Shown here in pieces: positions 39,981 through 53,285 of a stretch of 64,000 nucleotides of DNA. The DNA comes from Lama guanicoe. Its lineage: Eukaryota. The translations under genes and the position numbers were made by a program. The notes beneath the pieces are model-generated. The model saw only the letters and a list, made by a program, of their open reading frames with translations. It did not search any database and had not been told where the DNA came from. Numbering within the stretch: the first letter of the stretch is position 1; each line of letters starts with the position of its first letter. Where the stretch lies: contig MU053873.1 in the NCBI GenBank assembly GCA_013239625.1, forward strand, positions 944,524 to 1,008,523, in the 5' to 3' direction.

Positions 39981-42684
39981 AACTGTAAAGTTTGAAAAAT
40001 AATCAAACTTTACTACAAATTTGGAAGTATTATAACTATCAAGATCCTGTAGTCTATTCTGGTCCATAACAGTACTTAGCTATAAAAGGCAATAGAACAT
40101 GAGTAGACGGGCACATGATCTTACCACAACTCTGCTGTCAGTTATCAAGCTGCCATCAGGATAGGAAAAAATACATATAGTTTGAACCCTATGTTGAATC
40201 CCAGCATTTAGTGAATAACAGGTAAGGAAAAAAAGGTATAATGGAGCAAATATGTTTTTCTTAATCAAAATTTCAACTGTGAAGGTGATGAAACACATCT
40301 TTGTTTATAGATGATACTGAAATCACATATTCAATATTTGTACTTATTATAAGTGAGAAAAATGCTAAGAGTCCCAGGCAATTTAACTCTGACAGGTTAC
40401 ACATGCACTGCATTTTTAAAGTTCATGCTTAAAACTGTAACCAGGTATTCTTTTAAAAGAATTTAAAACTTGACATATATGAGATATGTCTTTTAGATCT
40501 TCCTTTCCATTCATAGAAACAGTATCCTTAAAAACAGCAACAGAAGAAAAAGCCAGACCTCTCAAAGTTATTGTAACCAAAGAATTCATACTTTTGGAAG
40601 GGGACCTGAGGTCTCCTATTTGAATCTCCAGTTTTTTCATCTTATTAACAGATAAAATAATTAATTAAAAGACTAGTCCAAGAAAAACTGAACCTATAAT
40701 AAGCAATGCACTAAAGGTTTAAATTCAGAAGACCCATGAAAACACTTCAGAGAGGGGTCCTTGTTACTCGTTATATAAAACTTTGAGAAGGCAGAGCTGA
40801 CCCAGAGTGCAGTGCAGCTTGGGTACCACTCTTACCATCTGGCTCTCACCTTGAATATGCTCCCCCTCTGCCCAGGCCGGACCCTTGGGAAAGCATGCTG
40901 GGGCTATCCCTGGGAAGCACATACGTTTTTTTTGCCAGGAAGAGTCACTATGAACATATATGCAGTGGTGCTTGAGGAATTTATGTTTATCACCGAGGGT
41001 ATTATAACAATCATTGAATTGAAGTCCAAGAGATAGTTCTTAAGAAAGAATAATGACCATTTGCCTGTCAACATCCAGCTCTACAACAAACACAGAGAGA
41101 TTAGGCCAAGCCTCAGCTGCAGCGTGGACTCACTCGCTCGGAAGTCACCAGCTCAGCAGAACTCTAAGGAAAGTGCTTCATTAATCAACCATGCACTTTG
41201 CTGCCAGTACTGACAGAACATGTCCTGTCACAGTGTGGTGATGGTACTTGTCTCAGCACAGCGTTTGAATATGAATGGATGTACTTCAGATATTTATTAT
41301 TAAGCATCCTCTTCAATCTTGAAATAAGATTTCACACTAGCAGGAATTTTCACATAAGGAAATGGGAAGCATGAGAGGTTTTGAAGCTCAAAGTCCAGGG
41401 CTCTGATGGACAGTAACGCAGTGCATTGTAAGTCAGCTCTGAAGCAAAACACAAAACAAAAGATGGAGAACTATTTGAAGGCTTAGGGTCTAGAAGAGAT
41501 AGCACTATACTCCTGTGGAAACCAGGGGCTCTAAAACAGGTCCCACGGTGAGTACCTGCTGCCACCGCTCCTGTGTGACCTGACGGCCTTGAACTGTAAA
41601 TGTTCAAGAAGCACTTGGCCCTGCTTCCACTAGCCCATGAGTTTCCTGAGTGTCTCACTTGTCTTTGTATTCTCAGCCACTACAGACCACACAGAACGTG
41701 CCTGGCAAATGTTTGTCGAATGAGGGAAACAGGTGTGTGGGGAGCTAAGGGCGGAAAATACCCATGACGGACATAATCAGAGCGCCCTGGTTTCCTCACC
41801 AACTTGTGTCTCTAGGCTAGCAATCATGCCCTACCTAGCAATGACCTAAGACAAGTTCCAGAAAAGTTCATGTAAGTCAAGTATTTGAAAATCAAATACT
41901 TGCTATATAAACCAGGGGAACACTATTTAAAGGAAATTGACGGTAAAGCTATTTGTAATAGGGAATAAGCAACCCCCTTTGTAATGAATACACGTGTTTA
42001 TAGCCTGAGTTGGCATTCAGCAGGCAACCCCTGGCTCAGTCTACCCTTGCCTCACCATCACTTGAGCAACACTATTTCACACTGTCTGAAGCTCTAGATC
42101 AGACTAAAAGGAGATAAAATAAACTGAAATAATCCAGCTTCTGGACAAGTTTCACCAATATTGCCTATGCTCTATTTTTAATTTCAGATGGCAAGAAAGT
42201 TCCCCAACAATGGAGTTCTGGAGGGCAGCCAACGCTTCATGGAAGCCAGGCTCTGGGCTCTTCAGCTTCCCTTGGCCGACATGGAATGGGCAAATAACAC
42301 AACAGTTCTTGAGTGGGGAGCTGACTGCCAGGTAGACAGCACATCTCCAGGGCACATCTTTAAAGCAAAACTTGAGGCAACCAAGTTGTAGTCTTCTATG
42401 AATTGGCACAGGGACGAGTCCTAGTCGGAGATGCTGGGCATACAGTAAGCATTTGATAAGTGTTTGTTAGTTGCTCCAAGATAAAAATATGACACAAGGG
42501 ACAAGTTTCAGAAGTTCTGGCCACAGGGACAGTTTGAGGCAGAAGGCAAGACTCAGTGTAGCGCTAACTTCTAAACAAGAACACACACTGCTGTCATCTC
42601 TGGTCACCCAGAACAATAAGGGCAGATGGTGGCCAACAGATTGATTTGTTATTCAAAGGTTTAAAGTTTCACAGATCCAGAGTC

Positions 42685-42845
42685 TGGTTGCCAAATGAAA
42701 GTACAAGATGCCCAGTTAAATCTGAACTTTAGACAAGCAACAAATGATTTTTATAAGATAAATATTGCATGAGACTAATATGAAAAAAATTATTGTTTAT
42801 CTGAAATTCAAATGTAATTGAATGTCCTGAATTTAATCTAGCAAT
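42685..42845. mobile_element. MER33-like DNA transposon fragment
   Basis: gttgccaaat...acaagatgcccagttaaatctgaa...ttatctgaaattcaaatgtaa...tagcaatc. Confidence 0.6.
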
Positions 42846-43054
42846 CTTACTTTAGAGGGAGCAGAAACATACTGTGACCCACAGATCTCCTTACTCGGTT
42901 TGATTTCTGAAACACTATTCACAGAAACGCTAAAGGAGTTTAGATGTGAATAATGAAGATTCCACTTTCCTAAGTGTGAAAAAAAGATGTCGATCAGAGC
43001 TGCCTACTCCTAGACCACAGTGAAGGGCAGGACATGAGCACAATATAATCAGGA

Positions 43055-43273
43055 CAGGGTTTCTCAATCTCAGCAGTACTGACGATTTGGGTTGGATAGT
43101 TCTGTGAAGGGCTGTCCTGTGCATTCCAGGATGTTTAGCAGCAACCCCGGCCCCTACCTGCTAGATGCCAGTAGCACACCCCTCCCCACCCTAAGCGGTG
43201 ACAAGCAAAAATGTATCTAGATATTGCCAAATGTCCCCCGGGGGCAAAAAATCTCCTCCAGTTGAAACCACTG
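43055..43273. mobile_element. MER20 DNA transposon
   Basis: cagggtttctcaatctcagca...ctgtcctgtgcattccaggatgtttagcagca...gatgccagtagcac...gttgaaaccactg. Confidence 0.8.
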
Positions 43274-45911
43274 AATTAGAAGGAATGGTCAAATAAACAG
43301 AAACTGTCATATCCATTAACCAGTGGTCACATAACAAAAGATTCTTCTCAAGGGAGAAATTTGCAGCTCGCCCAGGCCATCAAGCCCACAACAAGGATAA
43401 GAGGACTGGTCATTTCAGCTAAGACAATGAGAAACCCTTTGTCTGCCAGAAGCACAGGAGAATCTTTGGTGAGCCACGCCAGCGAAGCTCTGCATGGCAC
43501 TGCACACATCACAGCAAACAGGGCGTCGCACCCGGCCTTTGAAGACATTCCTTTTAAGTGAACCTCCCTTCCAACTAAACTTTTTCCAAATCTCTTCCTG
43601 CCATTTGGAAGTTGAGTGATTCTCAGCTGAAAAAGCCTGTATATACGAGGTGCAGATGGCAGCAGTTACGGCCCTCACCAGATGCTGCAGTCTCTAATTT
43701 GATTGAAAGGATATAATTAGACAACAGAAACACTTTAATGAAAGAGCAAAACATGGAGGGAGGGAAGGATTGAAGGCCCTTAACTGATGCCAAAACACCC
43801 ACCAGTAATAGAGGCTTTGAGTCTGGGGAAAAGGAAGGGGAAAGCCCCTTAAAAGGACAGTCCCCATCCTGTTTATTTCCCCATAGATGTAGAAATAGGG
43901 ATTTTATTATTGTAGATTTCCACTGTATTTTATGTGGGAACAATCTGATTAAAACCAGAAGAAGTCTTCGGAAGAACATCAAAGAAAAACAAATATGGCT
44001 TCTGTGGTCATTATTAAAAATATTTTTTACCAGTCCAATAATTTTCTTTGAAGATGAATTTTTATAGATTGAACAGCAGCAAGTAATTTACATACTGGGA
44101 GGACAATTCCTACTGTTCTAGAAGAGAACTACTTGGCTGCCATGTTTTCCTCCAACTTCATGACACCAAGGAACATGGAAACCCATCTAACATATCTGTT
44201 TGGAAGACATAAAGAAACCATGCATAGTTAGTCCTATGTGCCAATGCTGCAACCGTTCTGAATCATCTTTAAAAGATGCCGTCTTTATTATTTCCTAGCA
44301 TTTAAACTTTGAGTGTCAGTATACTGCTCTGGTTCTAACCAAGAACCTAACCAAGCTGAAAGAAATCCAGCCCTCAAAGTCTGAAGTTGCTAATGTGGTG
44401 TGACACTGGGGTTTGGAAGCTCCTCAGCCCACTAGAAGCAGGGCCCCGCCCTCGTGGTAAACTGAACAATAAAAGTTTAATGCTTTGGCTACTTGCCAGG
44501 GATTAAACCAGTGGCAAGAAAAACTAGAAGCCGGGCCCAGCAGAGGAGCTGCCCCCAGAGGGTACTATTGTAACTGGGAGGGAGAGAGGAAACCTTGTGT
44601 GTGCAATAAACTAAAATCTTTTTTCTGTAGAGTACTTCCTAGCCCCCAACTATGTTCCTCTTCAAACTGGTGCAAGTCCAGGCTAGGGAGGTGTTTACCT
44701 AGAAAGAGGATTAAAAGGCGGGTGGGGGGAGATTTCCTTAGACGGGGAGAAGACAAGTTTCTGAAGAGTGGCTGTTTTTGAGGAGTATGGCCACCCTGTG
44801 ACATTTTTACAACAGCCTCTTTCCTTTCCCTGTTCCATCCGAATCCAGGATAATGTCTCAGAGGTGAGGTCTGGGGAAGAAGCACTGCCACCTTGAGAGG
44901 AAGACAATGAAGACAACAGAGAGAGGGCAAAAAACAGGGTGACCTCGGGCTCCTCTCCTAGACTGAGACTTCCAGGTTCCAGCTGGATTCTCAAGGTCAA
45001 ACTGAGTATGGAAGGATCTCAGCCACCCTTCTCACCCCTTCAGGGGCTGCGTCGCCAGCCAGCCAGAAACTAACCTGCCAGGTGACATTAGGGGCTTGAG
45101 GAGACCTCACCTCAAAACCTGCATAGGTAGTTCTCTGAGGGACACACTCACTTCCTCCTCTGTTGTCTTTATTCAGGAGGCGGAAATTCAGGCACAAGCT
45201 GCAGACCCAAACTTCCGGCCTCTCTCAAGTGTTTTGCATTAACTGTTCCACAGCACAAACAGAATCCACTTGGTATGTTTGAATGTTTCATTTGTTTTTT
45301 TTTCCAAAAATGCTTTAATTAAAACAAAATAATCACCCATGCTAAGCATATTGTTGTTTTTTAAAGGCCATTTTAAAAATGACAACAGAACCATGGAAAT
45401 AAAATTCAACTGTTTAGGGAAGATAGAAATTTGTTTTCTTCTCCCAGCCTGCTGTGGGGTTTTTTGTGCGTGTGTGTGTGTGTGTGTGTTGTTTTTTTTT
45501 TTAACGTCTCAGGGCTGGTGCCACCTGCTGCCTGGGCTTTCCTCTGAGAAACAAATCTCTCAACAGTTTGATCCAAGCAACATCTGCATAGCTGAAAAAA
45601 CCATGGACTGGTTCTGAGGCAGGCACTACTTTCCTTATGTAGTGCACACTGAACTGTACTGAATTTCTTTTTAAAGTGTTTTTTCAAGTCTTATTAAAGA
45701 TCCAATTTTATGTGCATGAACTGCCCCCCATATGTATCCTTTTAAAAATGTGTGGTAAAATACACATAACATTTACCATTTTACCATTTCTCCCATATGT
45801 CTCTTAAAGTTAGTTAATAGTAAAAGGTAAAAGGTTCATTCATTCACCAAAATCAAGCCTCCTTGTCACCCTTCCAGACCAGTGAAAAAATCAATACATT
45901 TGGACTTAGAG

Positions 45912-46255
45912 CAGGACTTGGGCAAGCCCAGCCTGTGGGCCGACTCTGGCCCACTGCCTGTTTTGTATGGCCCATGAGCTAAAAATGTTTTTTAAACTGT
46001 TAAATGACTAAAGATCACTAAAAGAACAACATTTTGTGACACATTAAAAATTACAGGAAATTCAAGTATCAGTCAGTGTCCATGTAAGTTTTATTGGAAC
46101 CCAGCCACACCCTTTCATTTACATTTTGTCTAGGGCTGTTTCTGCCTTAGAAAGTCAGAGTTGAGTAATTGCAACAGACAGTACATGGCCCACAAGGCCC
46201 AAATTATTTACTGTCTAGCCCTTTACAAAAAATGTTTGTTAACACCTGACCTAGA
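45912..46255. mobile_element. MER58-like DNA transposon
   Basis: gcctgtgggccgactctggcccactgcctgttttgtatggccc...aagttttattggaac...tttactgtctagccctttaca. Confidence 0.7.
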
Positions 46256-48899
46256 GCCTCAGATGGCATTACAGACTCAAAAATTCTAAACTAAAGATGG
46301 TAATAGTGCCCATCACCAAAACCCCCTAATCTGTATATGGTGAAGCTTTTTAAAGCAATATATTTTACCTTCATTATTTATCCCTGTTGACCAAATATGC
46401 TAACTCATAAGTGAGTGTATCAATAATATCTATATTCAGTGCACCAACTTGCTGTTTAACAGCTTTGAGATTTAAATGTCTCTTTGCCGTATCTTGAACA
46501 CTTAAATAGCTTTGTCTAGTGGCTAAAACAAATTTTCACAAAAAAAGATCACAGTTCTTTGATACCAGGTCAGTTTTGACCATTTTGCTTTTCGTAAAAG
46601 TCTCAAAGCACAAAAGCAACCGGTGTGCACTTTGGTTGCCTCCGCTCCTCTCAGCCCTTGTGCTGTACACAGGGAACTCTGTTAACATTAAGGAAGCCCC
46701 CGAGAGGGACAGGGCTCTGTACAATGTGAAGCTTTCACTGTTAACTGAACTCACTGGTTTTATGACAAGATAAACCGGCTAGTAGGACAAATTCTAGATG
46801 AGAAGTCAGAGAATAAGCATCAACTACAAAAGGCCGTTCACAGCGAACATAACCCGAGTTGAAAAGCTCTGTTAATGCACATCTGATAGCCCCTAAAAGT
46901 AGTGAAACACCCAAGCAGGTATTTGCCTTAGGCGGAAAACTCTGGAGCTGAAGTCCACCCAGCCTTCTCTGCTCTTCCTACCTCTCGGCTGTCCCCTGCA
47001 GGTCAGTAAATTCCAGACGGGAATCCGCTTCGGAAAGCCCATTAGCCCCCGTGGCCCTGGCTGCCCTGGTTCTTGAAAAGGGAGTCTAAATTCCACCACT
47101 AACCTCCACCTACCTTCTTATCAGTTATGAAGGAAGGGAGAGAATCTCAAAGAATGAAGAGAAGGGAGATCATCTGGGGTTGGCTACACACTGTAATTAG
47201 AAGTAGCATTGATGGGGAATGAGCTAACTGTTTTTATAAAGTCAGCATTCAAAAAATGCAAACCACCAGTAATTTAAATATTACAAAATTGTGCAGAATA
47301 TAAGTATTGAAATAATTTTTTCCATCCACAAAATTTTAGAGAAAATTACAGTATCAAAAAATATGAAATGGCAAGTTTGGCATCTCCTCAGAGGAAAACG
47401 TGTTTTTTATTGGAAAAGATTTTTAAAAACTAGTGGGCAGGCTCTAGACAGGATATGATCCTGAAGACCATGTGGCATCTCCTTAAAACTGCTTCTGGAA
47501 CTAAATAGGAAAAAAATCACAAAGGCAGTGATGTACCAGGACGGTAGGGAAAAAAGCTGGTGAGGCTCACTGAATTGGGAACTTGGGCCACTTATCATAA
47601 ATCATTTCACAATGGTTATTTATTTGTCTCTACCCCCAGACTCCCGAATAAAAGCACACCAAGGTTTGCAGTTCAACCTACTTAAGAACTGACCCTTCCT
47701 AGCAAAGCAAAGGTGCCTGAGGAGGGGACACCACCTTCTAACAAGCATAAGCACAGAGCTGGCCCACTTCACACTTTTCAGAGCTATTACTCTGCCCTTT
47801 CCAGGAGAGGAACCAGTTTATTTCCACCCATACCTCTCTCTCTCTGTAGAGGACATTAAATCCTGACCACACAGATGGCAAAGTGGAGCTAAGGGGTTAC
47901 TAGGTTACAGTTATGTTGACATATCCTGGCTCTAAGAAAGTTCCTCCTTCATTCCTCACATACGGGAAACATTAGAAGTGATCAAACTTTTGCAGAAGTT
48001 TCTGCAGAAGTCCCACAGAAGGCTGCTGATCACTCAAAAACCACTTCTTGACTGTAAGGTTTACAACACCTGGAGACACCCCTTCTGCTGATCTAAAGCC
48101 AAGCTTTGCCTTTAACAAAAATTAATCAGACTGGAAGCCCACAGCATTCCCAGGGCAAATGAGGTGTCCAGCACTTGGTAAACTGTGAGCGCTATAAAAA
48201 GTATTATTAAAATGTTCAGTGACTGTCTTCCCTGTGTAGGTGTGTTACCTGCAGTATATCACTTAACTGTCATAACACACTGCTAGGTCATTATCATCAT
48301 CCCTCCTTTACAGATGAGGAAACTGAGGCTCAGAGCTGAAGGCACAGCCCAAAGTCACACAGTAAGTCCCAACACTAAATCCTATCTTTATCACTAATCC
48401 AAACTGGTAAGTAAACAAAACAACTCTTGAGATTTCTTTCTACAGCAAAATCCTGTCTTTCCAACGTCACAGTTTACGACTTTGGGTTGAGAACCCAGAG
48501 GCTAGTTTCCTTACTAGGGCAAACCTGTAACGCACTCTTCCCGTCCCTTCCACTAATGCCCAATTCTGAACACCTGTGGGACCTGCAGAGAAATGTAACT
48601 GGGCCAGACAACGCCCTCTTCCTTGCTTTTCAACTTAGGGAGTTTCGCTGCAAGGAAGGGTGTGCGGGGAAGCTAAGCAAAACCCCAGCTTCCATTCCGA
48701 TCTAGGGCCCCACCTCGGGAAGACCTGGCCTTGACCTCGGCCTAGGGGGCGGGTGACCCTGTTCAAAGTGTGTAGCTACCCGGGAAACCGGGCTCTGCAT
48801 TGCACTCTCAGGATAAGCACCCCAAGCTCTGTAGGGTACAAGTCTCCCATCACCCGGTCTTTCTTCCCCTCCCCACGCTGGACCGGCACCTGAGTCACG

Positions 48900-50250
48900 G
48901 GGAAGTTCAAAGCGGTCCTGGGCGGAGGGAGGGGACTTTCGGGCTGGGAAGAGCGGGTCGTCTCGGGACCCGGACCTGCCTCTTGCAGGGCAGGCAGGTC
49001 AACCTGACTACTCACGAGGCAGAAATTACAGTGTGAGGCGAGCGGGTGCAGCCGGGACCCCAGCGGACGGGCGCCAGCTCTCGTCGCCTCCGCACCCGCT
49101 CCAGAGCCTCTGGCGCGGGGGTCCACGGGCGCGGGTGGGAGAGGGCACTGGGGGCGAGGGGGCGTCCTTGTGGGGCTTGCGGGGGGGCCGGGCCCAGAGT
49201 GTCGCTGAGGGGCTTGGGGAGGGGGTAGCGTCTAGGGCCTAGGTGAGGGGCGACCCAGCCCGAGGTGCGTCGCTGGGAGACTTAGGGACGAAGTCTCAGG
49301 AGGTGCTTGGGCAGAGCGGGCGTCCCCGCCCGAGGGCGTCGCTGAGGGACTCGAGCTGGGGGTGCCGGGTCCTGAGACAGAGGAGACGTCCCCGCCCCAG
49401 GGCGTCACTGAGAAGCCAGGCGAAAGGGTCTCTGAGGTACGGAGGCAGAGAGGGCGCCGGCCTGGGGGCGTCGCCGAGGGGCCTGCGGGAGTCCCGGGCC
49501 CTGAGGTGGGACCGCCCCCGCCCGAGGGGCGTCGCTGCGGGGCTGGAGAAGAAGTCCCAGAAAGTAGAGGCGAGGGGGTTGGGCGCCCCGCGCGGGCTCC
49601 GCGCACCGCGGGCGCTGGGGGTCCCTCACTCACCGGGTCCGGGGCCGAGGCTGGGGCTGGGCGCGGGCCGGGCCGCCAGCGTGAGCGCGGCGGCGGAGAG
49701 CAGAGCGAGGCGGGCGGCGGGCGGCGCCATGGGCGGTCAGTGCGGGGCCCCGGGGCGCGGCCCGGGGGAGAGGGGGCAGCGCAGGGAGCCGGGGGCGGCC
49801 CCGGGAGCGGGACGCTGGGCTCGAGCGTGGCCCCGCCCCGGCTGCCCGGCCGCCCCGCCCCGGCCCGCCTTCCCCAGCGCCGCCACCGCCCCGGCCGCCT
49901 GGGGCCCGCCCGGCTCCGCCGTGAGGCCCGAGGGGAGGAGCCGACTGCGCTCGCCCGCTCCGCCCACGCCTGCCACTCACGCGCCAGTCCCCGCCCACAC
50001 CCCTTCACCTGGGCCTGCCCACCCGCGGAGGGCTTCCCGGGTACGTTCAAGGGGCGGGACCAGCAGGTGAGGGGCGGGGTCTAGAGCCCCGCCTCCCAGT
50101 CCAAGAGTAGGTTTGGCCCGGTTGGACCGGGCCGGGCGCCCAGTGACCCCTGCTCCACCCTCACTCGGGTCGTGACCCACACCGCGGGCTCAACCGCAAC
50201 CGTAATAATCGTAACAGCAGTTTGCAAACCGCTTTTCGCAGCTTGGCTCA
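48900..50250. promoter_or_regulatory. CpG island / KREMEN1 promoter and 5' UTR
   Basis: Very GC- and CpG-rich and spans exon 1. GC boxes (GGGGCGGG) at about 49989-49996 (-), 50051-50058 and 50071-50079. No TATA box seen. Confidence 0.9.
49634..49730 (-). CDS. KREMEN1: KREMEN1 coding exon 1 (signal peptide), 97 nt
   Basis: ATG at 49730-49728 in context CCGCCCATGG with an in-frame TGA 9 nt upstream. Translates MAPPAARLALLSAAALTLAARPAPSPSLGPGP. Donor CCG|GTGAGT. Lies in a CpG island. Confidence 0.96.
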
Positions 50251-50639
50251 TCGTCGTGATTTAAGTAAGGGTGCTCTGCAGTCAGCCTATCCGGGTTCAT
50301 ATCCTCCTTGATCACCTGCAAGATTTTAGGCAGATTTAAAGGAAAAAGTAGCTCTCTTCAATTTCCCCGTTTGTTTAATGCGGGCGTTGATAGCAATTAC
50401 TCCCAAAGCAGTTGTACTAAACGAGACAGTGTGTAAACTTACGCACACACAGGTTAGGATATGTTAAGTTCCTTTCACCACCCCAGTTCTTGCAGCCACG
50501 AGAGAGGCAGCACACTGAGGCCTGGTTCCGAATCCTACCGCACATCCTTTGTCAACTGGGGCATGTTTTCTGCTTTGTCAGAGCCTGTCATCTGCAAAAT
50601 AAGAATAATAAAAGGCCTTCACAAGATTAGATAAGATAG

Positions 50640-51270
50640 AAGCGAGTAAAGCGCCCGACACTGAGAAATTCCAGAAGTGGATGGGCAATGATGCTTTCTT
50701 AGACTGCGATGCCGGGGCTGGCAGTGCGCGTGCCTCGCTTAAACCCTTGGCCCCCGTTTGGCCGGGGCTTTGCCCATCACTCACCCACAAGGTCTTCCCC
50801 GCCCACCCTCGGGGTCTTCCGTGGGCCTCTCTCCTCCCCCGCATTCCTCCAGGCAGAGACTTTCCTTCGGCTCCCGCCTAAAGCGCTGCGGTGACGCCCC
50901 GCTGGGCATGTCCGGGCGGCTCGGCGGGCGCTTTTAAGTCCCTGGTCCCAGACTTGCAAGTGCGGGCCTGCGCCCGGCGCGGCGGCAGCAGCTTCTGCCC
51001 TCCTGTGCCGACTCGCCGCGCCCTGAACGGGGCTGGGCTGTCCCCGCCCCGCGGGCTCCCAGGCCCGCCTTAGGTCCACCAGTCCCTGCGCCCCCTAGCC
51101 ACCCCGGAGCCTTCCCCACGCCCAATCTCAAGTCCCCCCCACCCCATGCCCCCGCATCCCCCCACCCCAGCTGCTCCCGGAGATGGGCCCCAAAGGCGCA
51201 GCTACCTCCCACGAGGCTTCCCAGCGGAGTCCCTCTCCACCCACACGACCCAGCACCGCGGCAAGAATAA
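50640..51270. promoter_or_regulatory. Second CpG-rich block upstream of KREMEN1
   Basis: Dense CpGs (e.g. 50880-51070 gcgcccggcgcggcggc, ccccgccccgcggg), separated from the main island by MIR-like AT-richer sequence. Confidence 0.6.
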
Positions 51271-52014
51271 TCTTGTTCAGTCGTTGTTTTCACTGTGTCA
51301 TTCTCGAACTCAAGAATCCTCTGGGCTCCTTATTGGAGCAGGGGGACACCCCCCTACACCAGGTCCCCGGGGACACACCCTCCACATCCCACCTGGTGTC
51401 TTGCTTACCCTCTCTCTTCAGCACCATTTTGGGCCCTTCCCCACTTCCAAAAGCACCTCCTCCAACAGAACCTGGGAATTCTTTACCTCTTAACTCGCAC
51501 CCTCATAGGCAGGGGCACCTTGAAGAAGAATCAAATGGGAAGATGCAAGTAAAACCATCAGCACAAAGCAAGCGCTCAGTTAAGATTCCTCCATTTAACA
51601 AATATTCAGTGAGGAGCCTGCCAAGAGCACCAGCAGCAGAACTCCCACTCTAACGGAGGGGAGAGTCCAATCAACCAGCCTCAAAGTCATGTGAATTTCA
51701 GAGAGCAAAAAGTACTACAAAGACAAGGAAATGATGTTGACAGAGAACTGGACTGTTTCAGATAGCGCTCTGGGGAGAGGTTTTAGCAAAGCAGGATACA
51801 GCTCTCTACAGTTTGCAAAGGCTCTTTCACATCTCATCCTCATTTCAGAGGAGGGACTAAGAAGGGGCAGACAGGGGTTTGACATCAGGTTTATTTGGCC
51901 AAATCTGGTGACTTATGCCTAATGGTAGTAGCTTCCACCTGCCTTAATGCCCAGGTGGGTGGGTACGAGCCCCCTTTATTCTGCTCTCTTGGCCTCTGTA
52001 ACCCGAACGGGTTA

Positions 52015-52165
52015 CAGTGAGAAATGAAAATGTGGGGTCCCTTGTTCAAAATTAATAAGAATTTCAAGATGATGACAACAGGGCATTAAACCAAGTCGGG
52101 GGCCCTTCTAAGCTTGGGGGCCTAAGTCTCTAACTACACAGGATGCACACCCTTGAAAGCTGGTG
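52015..52165. mobile_element. MER45-like DNA transposon fragment
   Basis: aaatgaaaatgtggggtcccttgttcaaaatt...aagaatttcaagatg...gcattaaaccaag...gggcccttct. Confidence 0.65.
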
Positions 52166-52607
52166 TGTACAATAGAACTCAGAACTAGTGTGCAAGCCCC
52201 TGCTCCTGCTGGCCGTCCCCAGGCCTCCCTCCTCTTTTCCAGCGCAAAGCCCAGCACAGGTGATGGAAACAGCACACAGAGGCTAAAAATACAGCCGAGC
52301 AGGTCTAGGTCAGGGCACGTAGTGGCTCAAGGTCTTTGCTCAGTTATGTGGCCCTGGGCCCTGGCAAGGAGCAGCCTGGGCTATTCATTTCAGTGCTTCA
52401 CATGCCCCTGTCATTGAGCAGCTTTATTTCATGGAAAGAGTGAGGGCATTGACTATAGCCCCTGAGGCCTCCAGGAAGATGTTGGTGTCTGTCTGTCTGC
52501 CTGCTCTCGCTCTGCAGTCAGGTCCTTAAGGGCAGCGGGATGTGCCAAGCAGCTGGGAGATCTCAGCTGGTGGAGTCTGGGTGATTCTGGTATCTTTGAC
52601 CATTGCC

Positions 52608-52698
52608 TTTTTTTTTTAAATGGAGCTACTGGGGATTAAACCCAGGACCTTGTGTATGCTATTCATGCACTCTACCACTGAGCTATATACCCTTCCCC
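52608..52698 (-). mobile_element. tRNA-derived SINE (Vic-1-like, short form)
   Basis: Reverse-complement head ...ctctaccactgagctatatacccttcccc with poly-T. Flanking near-duplicate tgattctggtatctttga / tgatcctggtgtctttga. Confidence 0.85.
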
Positions 52699-53029
52699 TG
52701 ATCCTGGTGTCTTTGAAACTCCAGTTGGGATGAATTCTGCTCAAAGGGCAGTTGTGTTGTGGAGAGAGCCCTGGATGAGGAGTCTGCAACCTTTTATTGA
52801 GGATTTTACTAAACTCTGAGCAGGGTGCAGTGTTTGCCATCACATCTCATGTCTGATGGTAGCCCTTGGAGGGAGGCACCGTTACCACCCACCTCATCCA
52901 GAGAGGTTAAACGGCTGGCCCAAGGTGGTGGAGCTGGGTTGGAATCCAGTCAGCGGGACTCCAGGACTCTACTCCTAATCACCGTGGTGAATCGCCTTCT
53001 AGGGTTCTAGCAACAAGTGCTTACTGACT

Positions 53030-53285
53030 GGTCCAAGGCTGAGATTACGGTGAGGCAAGAGAGGCGTTTGCCTCAGGCACAAGACTCAAGGGGGCCACCC
53101 AAATTCAGAAATCAAGAGAAATGTATATTTAATCCATTTTAAAATATATTATATTTAATGGAGAGTGTTTTAATACAATATCTTTTAAACATCTAAATTC
53201 ATGATGAACAGAATATCGAAGTTTTTAAAAAAAAGATCTAGATGCTTGGTTTTCCTTTAGCCTCAGGCTTGACTCGGCACAGTTC
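53030..53285. mobile_element. hAT-type DNA transposon (MER96B-like)
   Basis: gtgaggcaagagaggcgtttgcctcaggcacaa...gggggcc with an AT-rich core. By-eye family call. Confidence 0.45.

Noticed and set aside
49185..49545. CRISPR-like repeat-spacer appearance
   Set aside because: Mammalian DNA, degenerate non-identical repeats, related spacers and no cas genes. It is better explained as a decayed minisatellite.
49232..50084. Long overlapping ORFs (272, 275 and 240 aa) across the CpG island
   Set aside because: Stop-codon depletion in very GC-rich sequence gives low-complexity G/P/R/A products. Only 49634-49730 is real coding sequence.
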